Source of the DNA: a virus
Lineage: Duplodnaviria > Heunggongvirae > Uroviricota > Caudoviricetes
IMG/VR virus record: IMGVR_UViG_3300026088_000011
Strand: one strand, 5' to 3'
Length of the DNA: 64,000 nucleotides
The translations under genes were made by a program, and so were the position numbers. Numbering within the stretch: position 1 is the stretch's first letter; every line of letters starts with the position of its first letter. Shown piece by piece: positions 1-8,151 of this stretch. The notes beneath the pieces were generated by a model that ran no database searches, was not told the origin of the DNA, and saw only the letters and a list, made by a program, of their open reading frames with translations.

Positions 1-2
1 AT

Positions 3-215
3 GTTATTATAGATGAAACTAGTGAGAAAATAGGGAAATTTAGCCCTGGTACAGGGATACCTATTGTTCACAAGAGATATTTAGCAAAAACTCCCCCTCA
101 CTATCTTGTAATTCTAGCTGAAAACTTTAAGGAAGAACTTATAAAAAGAGCTAAAGATGCTGGATATAAGGGGAAATTTATTGTTTGTCTTCCAAAATTC
201 GAAATAATTGATTAA
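3..215 (+). CDS. Partial CDS (C-terminal fragment; gene starts upstream of the window). Resembles the C-terminal domain of sugar C-methyltransferases
   Basis: Frame 3 is open from the window edge to the TAA at 213-215. The translation ...IIDETSEKIGKFSPGTGIPIV...PPHYLVILAENFKEELIKRAKDAGYKGKFIVCLP follows the pattern I recall for the C-methyltransferase C-terminal domain (PGxxIPIV ... DYVLILAWN ... GGKFIxPLP). Confidence 0.4.
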   Translation, partial: VIIDETSEKIGKFSPGTGIPIVHKRYLAKTPPHYLVILAENFKEELIKRAKDAGYKGKFIVCLPKFEIID

Positions 216-217
216 AT

Positions 218-622
218 ATGGCTATATTTCCTGAAAGAATGGTAAAACCAAAAGAAGAATTTACATTAGAATCTATAGCTGGAAAATTACATTCATTCCA
301 ATTACAGATAAAATTCATTCATTGGAAGACTAAGAATAATAGCGAGCATGTTGCTCTTGGTAATCTATTTGATTATCTTGTAGAAAAGACAGATACTATC
401 ATAGAACAATTGATGGGATATGAAGGTAAAACTATAACAGGCTTCAGGATAGATCCTATCAATCCTAAAATGGGACATATGGAGGCTGTGAAAGCATTGG
501 AATCTTATTCTCATGAAGTGTATGAGTTTGGAGAGAATAAAATGTATTGTGGTGTAGAATTGAATTCTCAGAAATTATCAGCTAAATGTGCTCAAACTTT
601 ATACCTCTTAACACAGGAATAA
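218..622 (+). CDS. hypothetical protein
   Basis: 134-aa ORF directly after the upstream stop; no motif recognised. Confidence 0.45.
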   Translation: MAIFPERMVKPKEEFTLESIAGKLHSFQLQIKFIHWKTKNNSEHVALGNLFDYLVEKTDTIIEQLMGYEGKTITGFRIDPINPKMGHMEAVKALESYSHEVYEFGENKMYCGVELNSQKLSAKCAQTLYLLTQE

Positions 623-910
623 ATGCAAATACAAACTAAATTTTTGGATGATATACTACCTGAGAACGATAAGGTATACTATTCATATTTAGTAGGAGTT
701 ATTGAGTCAGTTGATGAATTATCGTCCTTAGAAATTATACAAAGTTTACATGGATTAAGTATAAGAATTGCTCCGTCTCTTCCTAAATATACAGATACTC
801 TTCTAGAGGAACTTTTGAAATTACATAATTTGTTTAATATTCATTTAGATTTATCTAAGAGTATTAAGAGTTCAGGAGGGACTATATCCTTTGAAATAAG
901 TACAAAATAA
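623..910 (+). CDS. hypothetical protein
   Basis: 95-aa ORF, start directly abuts the previous stop (TAAATG). Confidence 0.4.
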   Translation: MQIQTKFLDDILPENDKVYYSYLVGVIESVDELSSLEIIQSLHGLSIRIAPSLPKYTDTLLEELLKLHNLFNIHLDLSKSIKSSGGTISFEISTK

Positions 911-968
911 TTTGGATAATTAAAAATCTTATTATATTTTTGTGAAATAATTAAACCAATTAAATAAT

Positions 969-1292
969 ATGGAACTAATGAAGAATGATTTAGCTACAAC
1001 TGATAAAGATGTCAAAAAACCTAAACAATCAGAAAAAACACCAGAACCACAATTAAAACCCACACCTATAGAATATGACCCTAATAAGAAATATAAATGG
1101 GACCCATCTGATGTATTTTATTTATCAGGAAATGAGTTCGGAATACTATTACAGTCTCATAGGGCTATTTTAAATACTAATGAGGCACGTACAATACTTT
1201 TAGTAGAAAGAGCTAATGATGTAATTGAGGAAGCATTAGCAAGGTCAGTACAAGCAGGTATTACTAAAGAAATGACAGAAGACAAAAAATAA
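969..1292 (+). CDS. hypothetical protein
   Basis: 107-aa ORF. Confidence 0.4.
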   Translation: MELMKNDLATTDKDVKKPKQSEKTPEPQLKPTPIEYDPNKKYKWDPSDVFYLSGNEFGILLQSHRAILNTNEARTILLVERANDVIEEALARSVQAGITKEMTEDKK

Positions 1293-1293
1293 T

Positions 1294-1482
1294 ATGGCTA
1301 AGAAACCTTCCAAATTTCATGGAAACCAAGTACCAAAGGACTTTAATCCTCTTTCTACAAACATTGAAACAAGTGCTTGGAGAAAAGTGGTAAAAGCTGG
1401 AAACTATGGGAGTTGGATAGATTATCAAAAGCGTGTATTAGGACAAATTACACCAATTAAGAAATATAAGAAAGGAATATGA
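1294..1482 (+). CDS. hypothetical protein
   Basis: 62-aa ORF tightly packed with its neighbours. Confidence 0.3.
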   Translation: MAKKPSKFHGNQVPKDFNPLSTNIETSAWRKVVKAGNYGSWIDYQKRVLGQITPIKKYKKGI

Positions 1483-1739
1483 ACATCCAGATAAATACAA
1501 AAGAGAAGACTATTAAATTAGCAGAGACTGTCAATTTGAAGGAATTAGAAGAAGTATTAATTAAATTTTTCCCAAATAATGAATGGAGAGAATATAACTT
1601 AGAAACTAACACAATTATTAATAATTGGACATCTCCTATTATAATTCAAAGGGATTATCCTTGGACTTTTCCTAATTATTTTGTAGGAACAGCAGGAGAT
1701 ACTTATTCAGAAGGATTATATAACTTATCAGTAAACTAA
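1479..1739 (+). CDS. hypothetical protein
   Basis: 86-aa ORF, 4-nt overlap with the previous gene. Confidence 0.35.
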   Translation: MNIQINTKEKTIKLAETVNLKELEEVLIKFFPNNEWREYNLETNTIINNWTSPIIIQRDYPWTFPNYFVGTAGDTYSEGLYNLSVN

Positions 1740-1900
1740 TATGAAATCAGGAAAACCAAAGAAAGCTCCTAAAGTAAATAATCCAAATCCAAAGGATAAT
1801 TTTATGAGAGAAAGTGATACAAAAGTAAGGCTAAAATCAAAGAATTGGCCCTTAAAATCAAAAAGAACATCTAAATAATAACCTGTCGAAAGCAAAAATT

Positions 1901-1938
1901 AAAGGCTCCCTAATCAAATAGGGAGCCTTTTTTATTAT
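1901..1938. terminator. Bidirectional rho-independent terminator between convergent gene blocks
   Basis: AAAGGCTCCCTaatcaaatAGGGAGCCTTTTTTATT: GC-rich stem with T-runs on both strands. It sits where the + block (1-1878) meets the - block (from 2031). Confidence 0.6.
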
Positions 1939-2030
1939 AACATGATTATAGAAGCTTTGATATTAAGTGTAATCATTGTTTATCTCCTATTTAAAATAGG
2001 AGAATGGTTAAGTAATATTGATAAATGGGA

Positions 2031-2255
2031 TTAACTTTCAGTATTAGTTTGCAATGTCCAATCTTCCCATTTTGGAGCAATTCTTTCAATCGTTTTCCAG
2101 CATATATTACACGTTTTCACTTTTGCTCCAGTAGAATGAGCAGGTGCCCACCACTCATCTATAAAATCAGTAACATCTTCATGTTTACAAACTTCTTGAA
2201 GTTGTTTTAAATCACTCTCATATTTATCTAATAATTCTTGTGCTTTCATATTCAA
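2031..2255 (-). CDS. hypothetical protein
   Basis: 74-aa ORF continuous with the minus-strand operon; preferred over the overlapping plus ORF 2025-2210. Confidence 0.35.
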   Translation of the reverse strand: MNMKAQELLDKYESDLKQLQEVCKHEDVTDFIDEWWAPAHSTGAKVKTCNICWKTIERIAPKWEDWTLQTNTES

Positions 2256-2827
2256 TTGTGTACAAATAGTACTTTGTTTATTTTAATCATTTTCTCCCAA
2301 GGATATAGTTTTTTGATACTCTCAATATAATCCCCATCAGCAGCATAATTAGTGTTTAAAGGAATAGATTGGGCTATATCTCTTCTTATGCAGAAGGCTC
2401 CCATATCTATTTGTCCATGTGCAGGAACACATTTAAAATAAGCATAGTTAAAATGGCTATGCACCATATCCCAATATATTACTCCTGGTAATGAGTTAGA
2501 TGCTAATTTAACCTCTTTTACAAAATTAGGAGTGTAATAATTATCATCTCCTGTCATCAAAATATAATCAGCTTTACTAGTTTGTTTAACAATTTGTCTA
2601 GGTGTATGACCCCAATCATTATACCTCTTGTCTGTGATAATATAGTCAATTCTATCATCATAAAAGGAGTGTATAACATTCAGTAATTTAGCTCTAACTC
2701 CCTCTTCAGGATAATCTAATATCACTGTAGCCCTCCAATCTTCATCAGTTTGACAAATAAGAGAAGCTAAACTACTTCTAAGTTCATTTATACGATTATA
2801 GGTTGGAAGTAGGATTTCTAGAAACAT
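2252..2827 (-). CDS. Family 2 glycosyltransferase
   Basis: N-terminus ILLPTYNRINELRSSLASLICQT...ATVILDYPEEG matches the GT2 signature as I recall it (hhPxYN ... L.S...QT ... VhDD-like). Confidence 0.55.
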   Translation of the reverse strand: MFLEILLPTYNRINELRSSLASLICQTDEDWRATVILDYPEEGVRAKLLNVIHSFYDDRIDYIITDKRYNDWGHTPRQIVKQTSKADYILMTGDDNYYTPNFVKEVKLASNSLPGVIYWDMVHSHFNYAYFKCVPAHGQIDMGAFCIRRDIAQSIPLNTNYAADGDYIESIKKLYPWEKMIKINKVLFVHN

Positions 2828-3554
2828 AGTCTTTTAATAGTTTTGAATAATTTCTCTTCCAATTAGGTTTCAATATAATATCCCCTGTAGGTATAAGTTT
2901 CTGTATTCTAAGCTGTTCTATATGAGCACTGTGTCTTTGTATGATATTAGGTTTACCTTCTACATCAAATCCTGCTCCTGATTGATGATATATACCACCC
3001 CCACTTGGAAGGCTCCAGCGATAAAAGGCACTTTCTTCTCCTCTAGGAGGATTCCCATGTGTATATCCATGTATCTTATGAATACTATCTGCAAATGTAG
3101 TGTCTCCTCCCGCATTCATTATTGGACATTTTCCCACCTCTTCCCAAACTTTTTTACTATATACCATACCTGAATTCCCTATAAATACTAAAGATGTTAT
3201 TTCTGGTTCATTATAATACACTCCATTCCAATGTAATATACTACTCTCAGGAGTAAAATACTTCTTTATATTACTATTATGGTTGGACATATATACATCG
3301 TCATCATCCGTAACAGCTATAATATCTCCTTTACATTGCTCTATAGTAAAATTTTCTTTTTCTCCAATAGTCTTAAAAGGTTCCTTAATATTAAATATTC
3401 TTACTAAAGGATGATTGAATATAAGAGTTTGTTTAGGATAATCGTTAACAATGACACATTCACAGTCTGTTAAATCATCTTGATTTAAAAAAGAGAAAAG
3501 TGTCTCTTCTAATGTAGACACTCTTCCATAAGTTGTAATTTTCCAGCTTATCAT
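2796..3554 (-). CDS. Glycosyltransferase (GT2-like)
   Basis: N-terminus ITTYGRVSTLEETLFSFLNQ...CECVIVNDYP and a later DDDD acidic cluster; adjacent to the first glycosyltransferase. Confidence 0.45.
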   Translation of the reverse strand: MISWKITTYGRVSTLEETLFSFLNQDDLTDCECVIVNDYPKQTLIFNHPLVRIFNIKEPFKTIGEKENFTIEQCKGDIIAVTDDDDVYMSNHNSNIKKYFTPESSILHWNGVYYNEPEITSLVFIGNSGMVYSKKVWEEVGKCPIMNAGGDTTFADSIHKIHGYTHGNPPRGEESAFYRWSLPSGGGIYHQSGAGFDVEGKPNIIQRHSAHIEQLRIQKLIPTGDIILKPNWKRNYSKLLKDYVSRNPTSNL

Positions 3555-3555
3555 G

Positions 3556-3843
3556 CTACCAAATATGCATTATATCTAAACTATTAATACAAATAAGCTC
3601 TTTATCATCAATTTTTAAGACAGTTCCTCTCCTAAGAGCATTAGGGTCAGCAAATACTTCATCCCCTGGTTTTGCATTTACTGTAATTCCATGAATTCCT
3701 TCTCCTACAGCATACACTGTAAGTTTATCAAATTTACTCCTCATTTCTTCCTTTATTCCTTCCTCTGCTTCTCTTGAAAGCTTTATTTTAGATTCTGGTA
3801 GTTGAGGTAAAATTAAATATACTCTGTTACCTTGTATTCTCAT
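3556..3843 (-). CDS. groES: GroES-like co-chaperonin (Hsp10 / phage gp31-like)
   Basis: 95 aa; NRVYLILP...VYAVGEGI...KPGDEVFAD...KELICINSLDIMHI lines up with GroES (DRVxV ... AVGxG ... GDxVxF ... ESDILAI). Confidence 0.55.
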   Translation of the reverse strand: MRIQGNRVYLILPQLPESKIKLSREAEEGIKEEMRSKFDKLTVYAVGEGIHGITVNAKPGDEVFADPNALRRGTVLKIDDKELICINSLDIMHIW

Positions 3844-4418
3844 AATTCAATATTGGTTAATTTAAAATTTTTTAATTTATTATATACATTCTTATCTATT
3901 TTATCTTTAAATAACTCTGCTATCTGACTAATTTGTTTTTCTTTCATTTTTATATAAATTTTATTTGCTTCTTCTCTAGTATCAAAAGTGCCCAAAGGTG
4001 TTGTTTTTCTTAAATTTCCTATTTTGGCCTGATATTTTCCATTTTTTGTTTTACGTATACCTGTCAAATAAGTATGTTTTCTGATCGTACAACTACCTAT
4101 TATACTATTTATGGTTATAGGTACAAAACAACAAGTTTTAGGACTATATATTTTATTACCTTTTATTAATAAATCTTTATCTAAAGAATATCCTTCGATA
4201 TAATTATTATGAAACCATTGTGCAAATACTTGAAAATTTAACCATTCTTCACATACAAAACATCCTTCATATTTACAGTCTCTTTTTAAAGATTTTTTAC
4301 AATAACATCTCCTAAGCATACTTTTCCATACATCATAGACTTTTGTTTGTTTCCCATTTATTTTTGAATGATATATACCTTTACTGTAATATCCTTTATT
4401 ATAAATAAGTCTTTTCAT
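3840..4418 (-). CDS. Homing-endonuclease-like protein with C-terminal AP2-type DNA-binding domain
   Basis: YDVWKSMLRRCYCKKS...YEGCFVCEEWLNFQVFAQW is the phage HNH-associated motif (Y..W..M..RC ... C.eW..F..F..W). C-terminus TGIRKTKNGKYQAKIGNLRKTTPLGTFDTREEANKIY looks like an AP2 domain. Confidence 0.45.
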   Translation of the reverse strand: MKRLIYNKGYYSKGIYHSKINGKQTKVYDVWKSMLRRCYCKKSLKRDCKYEGCFVCEEWLNFQVFAQWFHNNYIEGYSLDKDLLIKGNKIYSPKTCCFVPITINSIIGSCTIRKHTYLTGIRKTKNGKYQAKIGNLRKTTPLGTFDTREEANKIYIKMKEKQISQIAELFKDKIDKNVYNKLKNFKLTNIEL

Positions 4419-4422
4419 AAAC

Positions 4423-4713
4423 TTAATCTTCTATTGATGTTAGCTTGTAGAACCTATTCCCATCTTCAGCAGATAAAATAATCTCTGATTGTATAGTTTC
4501 TCTTACTTTCTTCATTCCTCTAAATTTATTGGTTTTTAGGTCAATATCTGGTTTATCTGTAACCCTTTCATTAAAATCATCTAGAATAACAATTACTGTT
4601 CCATCTGTATGCGTGACGGAGCGGATAACCTTATCCATATTTAAGGAATCTCTATATTCTTTCTCTACTTCTCCATCTTTTGCTTTTCTTGTGTAAAAAA
4701 ACTGGTTTTTCAT
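4423..4713 (-). CDS. hypothetical protein
   Basis: 96-aa ORF. Confidence 0.4.
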   Translation of the reverse strand: MKNQFFYTRKAKDGEVEKEYRDSLNMDKVIRSVTHTDGTVIVILDDFNERVTDKPDIDLKTNKFRGMKKVRETIQSEIILSAEDGNRFYKLTSIED

Positions 4714-5114
4714 AATTTATATTTAATTTTTAATAATTCTCGTCTTTTGTTAATTTCTTCATATTTATACATATTCATACCTACATTATCGTGTTCTTCC
4801 CACGTAAGGAGAATTATGTTGTCTTCTTCGTACTTTATATCTGGATATTTCTCTTTTTCAAGAATATGATGAAAAAATATACTTAAAGGTTCATTTCCAA
4901 GCCATTCTCCACTTATTTCACTCTTATGTTCTCTTTTTCCCCAAATAGATAGAAAGAATTCCCACATTGGATTACCTTGCTCTACTTTTCCTACTATTTC
5001 CTTTACTTCTTTCATTAATTTCTTGGAGATTTTAGGAAGAGGACTTCTAGGTTTACATCTAAAGCAATAATCAGACTCTGCATTACAACTACAATTCTTA
5101 CATTTTTTCCTCAT
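4710..5114 (-). CDS. hypothetical protein with N-terminal Cys-rich zinc-ribbon-like motif
   Basis: MRKKCKNCSCNAESDYCFRCK at the N-terminus. Confidence 0.4.
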   Translation of the reverse strand: MRKKCKNCSCNAESDYCFRCKPRSPLPKISKKLMKEVKEIVGKVEQGNPMWEFFLSIWGKREHKSEISGEWLGNEPLSIFFHHILEKEKYPDIKYEEDNIILLTWEEHDNVGMNMYKYEEINKRRELLKIKYKL

Positions 5115-5280
5115 TTGTCTGTAAATTCAATAAGTTTGATTTTTGCATCCCAGTTGCCTAAATCTTGATAAATGGCACTTAATACTTCATCACAACCTGA
5201 TTTATCATCTTTTAGACTTTCTTCCCAGAATTCATCAGATCCTTCTTCTATAATTACTTCAAATTTATATTTTTTCATGA

Positions 5281-5628
5281 CTAATCTAATTTTTGATTAT
5301 ATAACAAATGTCCATATTGCATAATATGTCCTATAATTTTCATTCTATTCACTTGATAGTTCCACGTACCACTATCTACCTCTATTATTAGATCATGATG
5401 ATTAGGAATATAAGTAGTAATAGAAGTAAACGATACATCTTTAATTCCCACATAATAGGAATTTTTAGTATAATACCCAGGTTCCATCTTTACTATTAAT
5501 CCATCTGTAAAGTCATGAATATTATAATGAGGTTCTGTTTTATATAATATAGAGTTATTTTCTTCGTTATATTTACTATTTAATCTTCTTTCTATATAAT
5601 TCTTTATTTTTTGTCCTAAACTACTCAT
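5281..5628 (-). CDS. hypothetical protein
   Basis: 115-aa ORF. Confidence 0.4.
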   Translation of the reverse strand: MSSLGQKIKNYIERRLNSKYNEENNSILYKTEPHYNIHDFTDGLIVKMEPGYYTKNSYYVGIKDVSFTSITTYIPNHHDLIIEVDSGTWNYQVNRMKIIGHIMQYGHLLYNQKLD

Positions 5629-5812
5629 ATTTCTTATAAGCTTTAAATTTCATATTGTTATTATACTTTTCAATCAAAAAGTTAATCTTGTCCACCCATA
5701 AATTATAATCTTTAGTTCTCTTATCAGGAATATTACTCTCCATTTTCTCAATAAGAGCATCAATTTCCCCTAAATTACTAAATTCTTTAGTATAAAACTC
5801 TTCCTCATCCAT
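5621..5812 (-). CDS. hypothetical protein
   Basis: 63-aa ORF. Confidence 0.3.
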   Translation of the reverse strand: MDEEEFYTKEFSNLGEIDALIEKMESNIPDKRTKDYNLWVDKINFLIEKYNNNMKFKAYKKYE

Positions 5813-6247
5813 TTAGAACTTTTTACCACCTTCTTTAATACGATTTTCTATTTTGTGGTCAGCTCTATGGGCATTGTAATGCATCTTTTCAACTACTGCT
5901 CCTCCTAAATCATATCCCCATCTACCAGCATAATCACAAATTCGTATAATACAATCGGCTAATTCTACTTCTGCCATTGGTCTATTAGGAAGATGAGTAT
6001 CCATAAGATTTTTACGTTCTCCTTCCATACATTCTGATATTTCACTAACCATTAACATAAGCATTTCTGCTCTATTTCTATCTTTCAATTGTCCCGTAGA
6101 TAGGTCTGTATGCCATCCAGCATCAAAGCTAGCCTTAAAACAAACTTCTACTAATTCATTTATATTTTGTTTCATATCTTGAATATTTATTACAAGTATA
6201 TCTCCTATATCTTTCATAGAATCTTCACTATTTAGTGTTACTTTCAT
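5813..6247 (-). CDS. MazG-like nucleoside triphosphate pyrophosphohydrolase domain protein
   Basis: EISECMEGERKN ... AEVELADCIIRICDYAG resembles the all-alpha NTP-PPase EExGE ... E.LGDvl pattern. Confidence 0.45.
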   Translation of the reverse strand: MKVTLNSEDSMKDIGDILVINIQDMKQNINELVEVCFKASFDAGWHTDLSTGQLKDRNRAEMLMLMVSEISECMEGERKNLMDTHLPNRPMAEVELADCIIRICDYAGRWGYDLGGAVVEKMHYNAHRADHKIENRIKEGGKKF

Positions 6248-7302
6248 ACTTCTTCATTTGTTGGTTCTTCTACTTTAATATCTGCATTTTTAATCTTTTC
6301 TATTACTAACTCTTTAAGATCGTTAAAAATTACTGGATTTTCTAATGATTTTCTATACTCATCTTCTGGAAATTTTGTTTCTTGACCTTGTTTTCCATAT
6401 ACAGTGATAGATTTTCCCCATTTCTTAATAATTTCAAAATCGGATGCAAGTTGCATGATTTCTCCCATTTTGTCAATACCTTGACCATAAATAATATTGA
6501 ATGAGCAAGATTTAAACGGTTGTCCCAGTTTGTTTTTTTCTACTTTTACAGTAGTTTTATTTCCAATTTTATTAGTTCCTTCCATTATAGAATTATCTGT
6601 AGTGGTACTTCTTGATACTTTAAGTCTTAAATGACTATAAAAACGTAAAGCATTACCCCCCTGAGTGGTTTCAGGGCTACCGTAAAGGACTCCAATTTTC
6701 TCACGTAATTGTCCTAAAAATATAAATAATACATTATATTTAATTGCTAAAATATTACATTTCATTACTGCCTGATTTAGCATCCTAGCATGTTTTCCTA
6801 ATGCAGAATCTCCTACTTCTCCTTGTACAATACTAAGTGGTTGTAGAGCATTATAACTATCTATAACAACTAATCCAATTTCTCCTGTTGATACAAGTTG
6901 CTCTACTTTATTATATGCCCCCTCTCCTCCATATTCATCTAATTGGACAACAATTAAATCTTTTAAAGAGATCCCCAAATTAGTACTATATTTGGCATCT
7001 AGAGAGTCTTCAGCATCAACTAGTAAGCATTTAACTCCTTCTTTTTGAAAGTTTGCAATTATACTTTGAGCTAATGTGGATTTACCAGAGGACTCCCATC
7101 CATAAATCTCTACTATTTTTCCTGAATTCTTAGGTAATCCTCCAATACCTATAGCAGCATCTAATCCTAAAGATCCTGTAGATACCACTTCATCATGAAT
7201 TTCTCTATTATTTCCATTAATTACTGATCCAGAGCCATATTTCTTGTTTAACTCTTTCATTACTTCCTCTAAATTCTTTTTTGCTTCTTTTTGTTTACTC
7301 AT
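6244..7302 (-). CDS. recA: RecA-family recombinase (UvsX/RecA-like)
   Basis: VSTGSLGLDAAIGIGGLPKNSGKIVEIYGWESSGKSTLAQSIIA is a near-canonical RecA N-terminus and Walker A; the aligned stretch GQLREKIGVLYGSPETTQGGNALRFYSHLRL follows. Confidence 0.85.
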   Translation of the reverse strand: MSKQKEAKKNLEEVMKELNKKYGSGSVINGNNREIHDEVVSTGSLGLDAAIGIGGLPKNSGKIVEIYGWESSGKSTLAQSIIANFQKEGVKCLLVDAEDSLDAKYSTNLGISLKDLIVVQLDEYGGEGAYNKVEQLVSTGEIGLVVIDSYNALQPLSIVQGEVGDSALGKHARMLNQAVMKCNILAIKYNVLFIFLGQLREKIGVLYGSPETTQGGNALRFYSHLRLKVSRSTTTDNSIMEGTNKIGNKTTVKVEKNKLGQPFKSCSFNIIYGQGIDKMGEIMQLASDFEIIKKWGKSITVYGKQGQETKFPEDEYRKSLENPVIFNDLKELVIEKIKNADIKVEEPTNEEV

Positions 7303-7312
7303 ATTTTTTATT

Positions 7313-7879
7313 TTAAATGTGATTCCATGCTTTTCTTACGATTATTCTGCTAACCATTACTTGTGTAATGTTATATTTTTTAGCTATATCCTTTTGTTTG
7401 GTTTTTAATTCTTTATATTCCTTTCTTATAGAAATAACATCCTCTTCACTAAGTCTAGCCATAGGATGGTTTATACCAATATAGTCGTTTATATTCTTTC
7501 TAAAATGTAGAATATTATCTTTAACAGAGCAATATTCCAAATTATCATCTTGATTATTTAACTTATTTGAATCTATATGATTTACTGTAGCTTCAGGATA
7601 GGGTTTTGGGCCTTTAAATGTTAAAATTATTAACTTATGAACTGTTGTTGGATGTTTCTTTCCATTTTTAGATAGATGCAGGAACCAATATCCTTTATGA
7701 TTTTTTGTTTGTTTCTTTATATTTTCAGGCATTTTTAAAAGAATAGCAGATTTATAATATCTTTTTAAACTTTTAATTCTACCTTTATTTGAAGCTTGAT
7801 ATAAACCTTCATATCCTGGAATATCTTTCCAGATTTCTCCTTCAATATCAATTAATGATAAATTTTCTGAATGAGACAT
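7313..7879 (-). CDS. HNH homing endonuclease (NUMOD4-like N-terminus plus HNH_3)
   Basis: EIWKDIPGYEGLYQASNKGRIKSL, then HKLIILTFKG...VNHIDSNKLNNQDDNLEY. Confidence 0.8.
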   Translation of the reverse strand: MSHSENLSLIDIEGEIWKDIPGYEGLYQASNKGRIKSLKRYYKSAILLKMPENIKKQTKNHKGYWFLHLSKNGKKHPTTVHKLIILTFKGPKPYPEATVNHIDSNKLNNQDDNLEYCSVKDNILHFRKNINDYIGINHPMARLSEEDVISIRKEYKELKTKQKDIAKKYNITQVMVSRIIVRKAWNHI

Positions 7880-7880
7880 T

Positions 7881-8132
7881 CTATCTTTTTTTAGTTAATT
7901 CCAAATAATTTGCTTCTAAATTCTTCTTATACCATTGTATATCATCAAATAACATTTTATACGCTAATTTAATGAATTCTACATCATTATTTTTATATAT
8001 TTGAATAGGATGAAACATATTTTCTTCATCTGGTTCATTTTTTATAGCACATTTAACTAATTCTTTTAATTTGTTCTCCATAAGTTGCAAATATCGTAAT
8101 AAAAAAGGAGAGGAACAAATATTCCTCTCCAT
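7881..8132 (-). CDS. hypothetical protein
   Basis: 83-aa ORF. Confidence 0.35.
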   Translation of the reverse strand: MERNICSSPFLLRYLQLMENKLKELVKCAIKNEPDEENMFHPIQIYKNNDVEFIKLAYKMLFDDIQWYKKNLEANYLELTKKR

Positions 8133-8151
8133 AAATTAAAAAACAAAACAA

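Noticed and set aside
2025-3173. Plus-strand ORFs 2025-2210 and 2982-3173, and similar antisense ORFs (9749-10018, 13977-14162, 15855-16040, 16916-17122, 17224-17553, 17832-18158, 20114-20302, 21776-21958, 22417-22602, 22875-23057, 23429-23638, 27510-27758, 28771-29237, 29548-30868, 32351-32542, 35932-36132, 36949-37152, 39901-40137, 41740-41991, 42384-42659, 46266-46616, 47941-48126, 52492-52737)
   Set aside because: Each lies entirely inside a longer, motif-supported or operon-consistent gene on the opposite strand and has a low-complexity F/L/I/S-rich translation typical of antisense AT-rich sequence.
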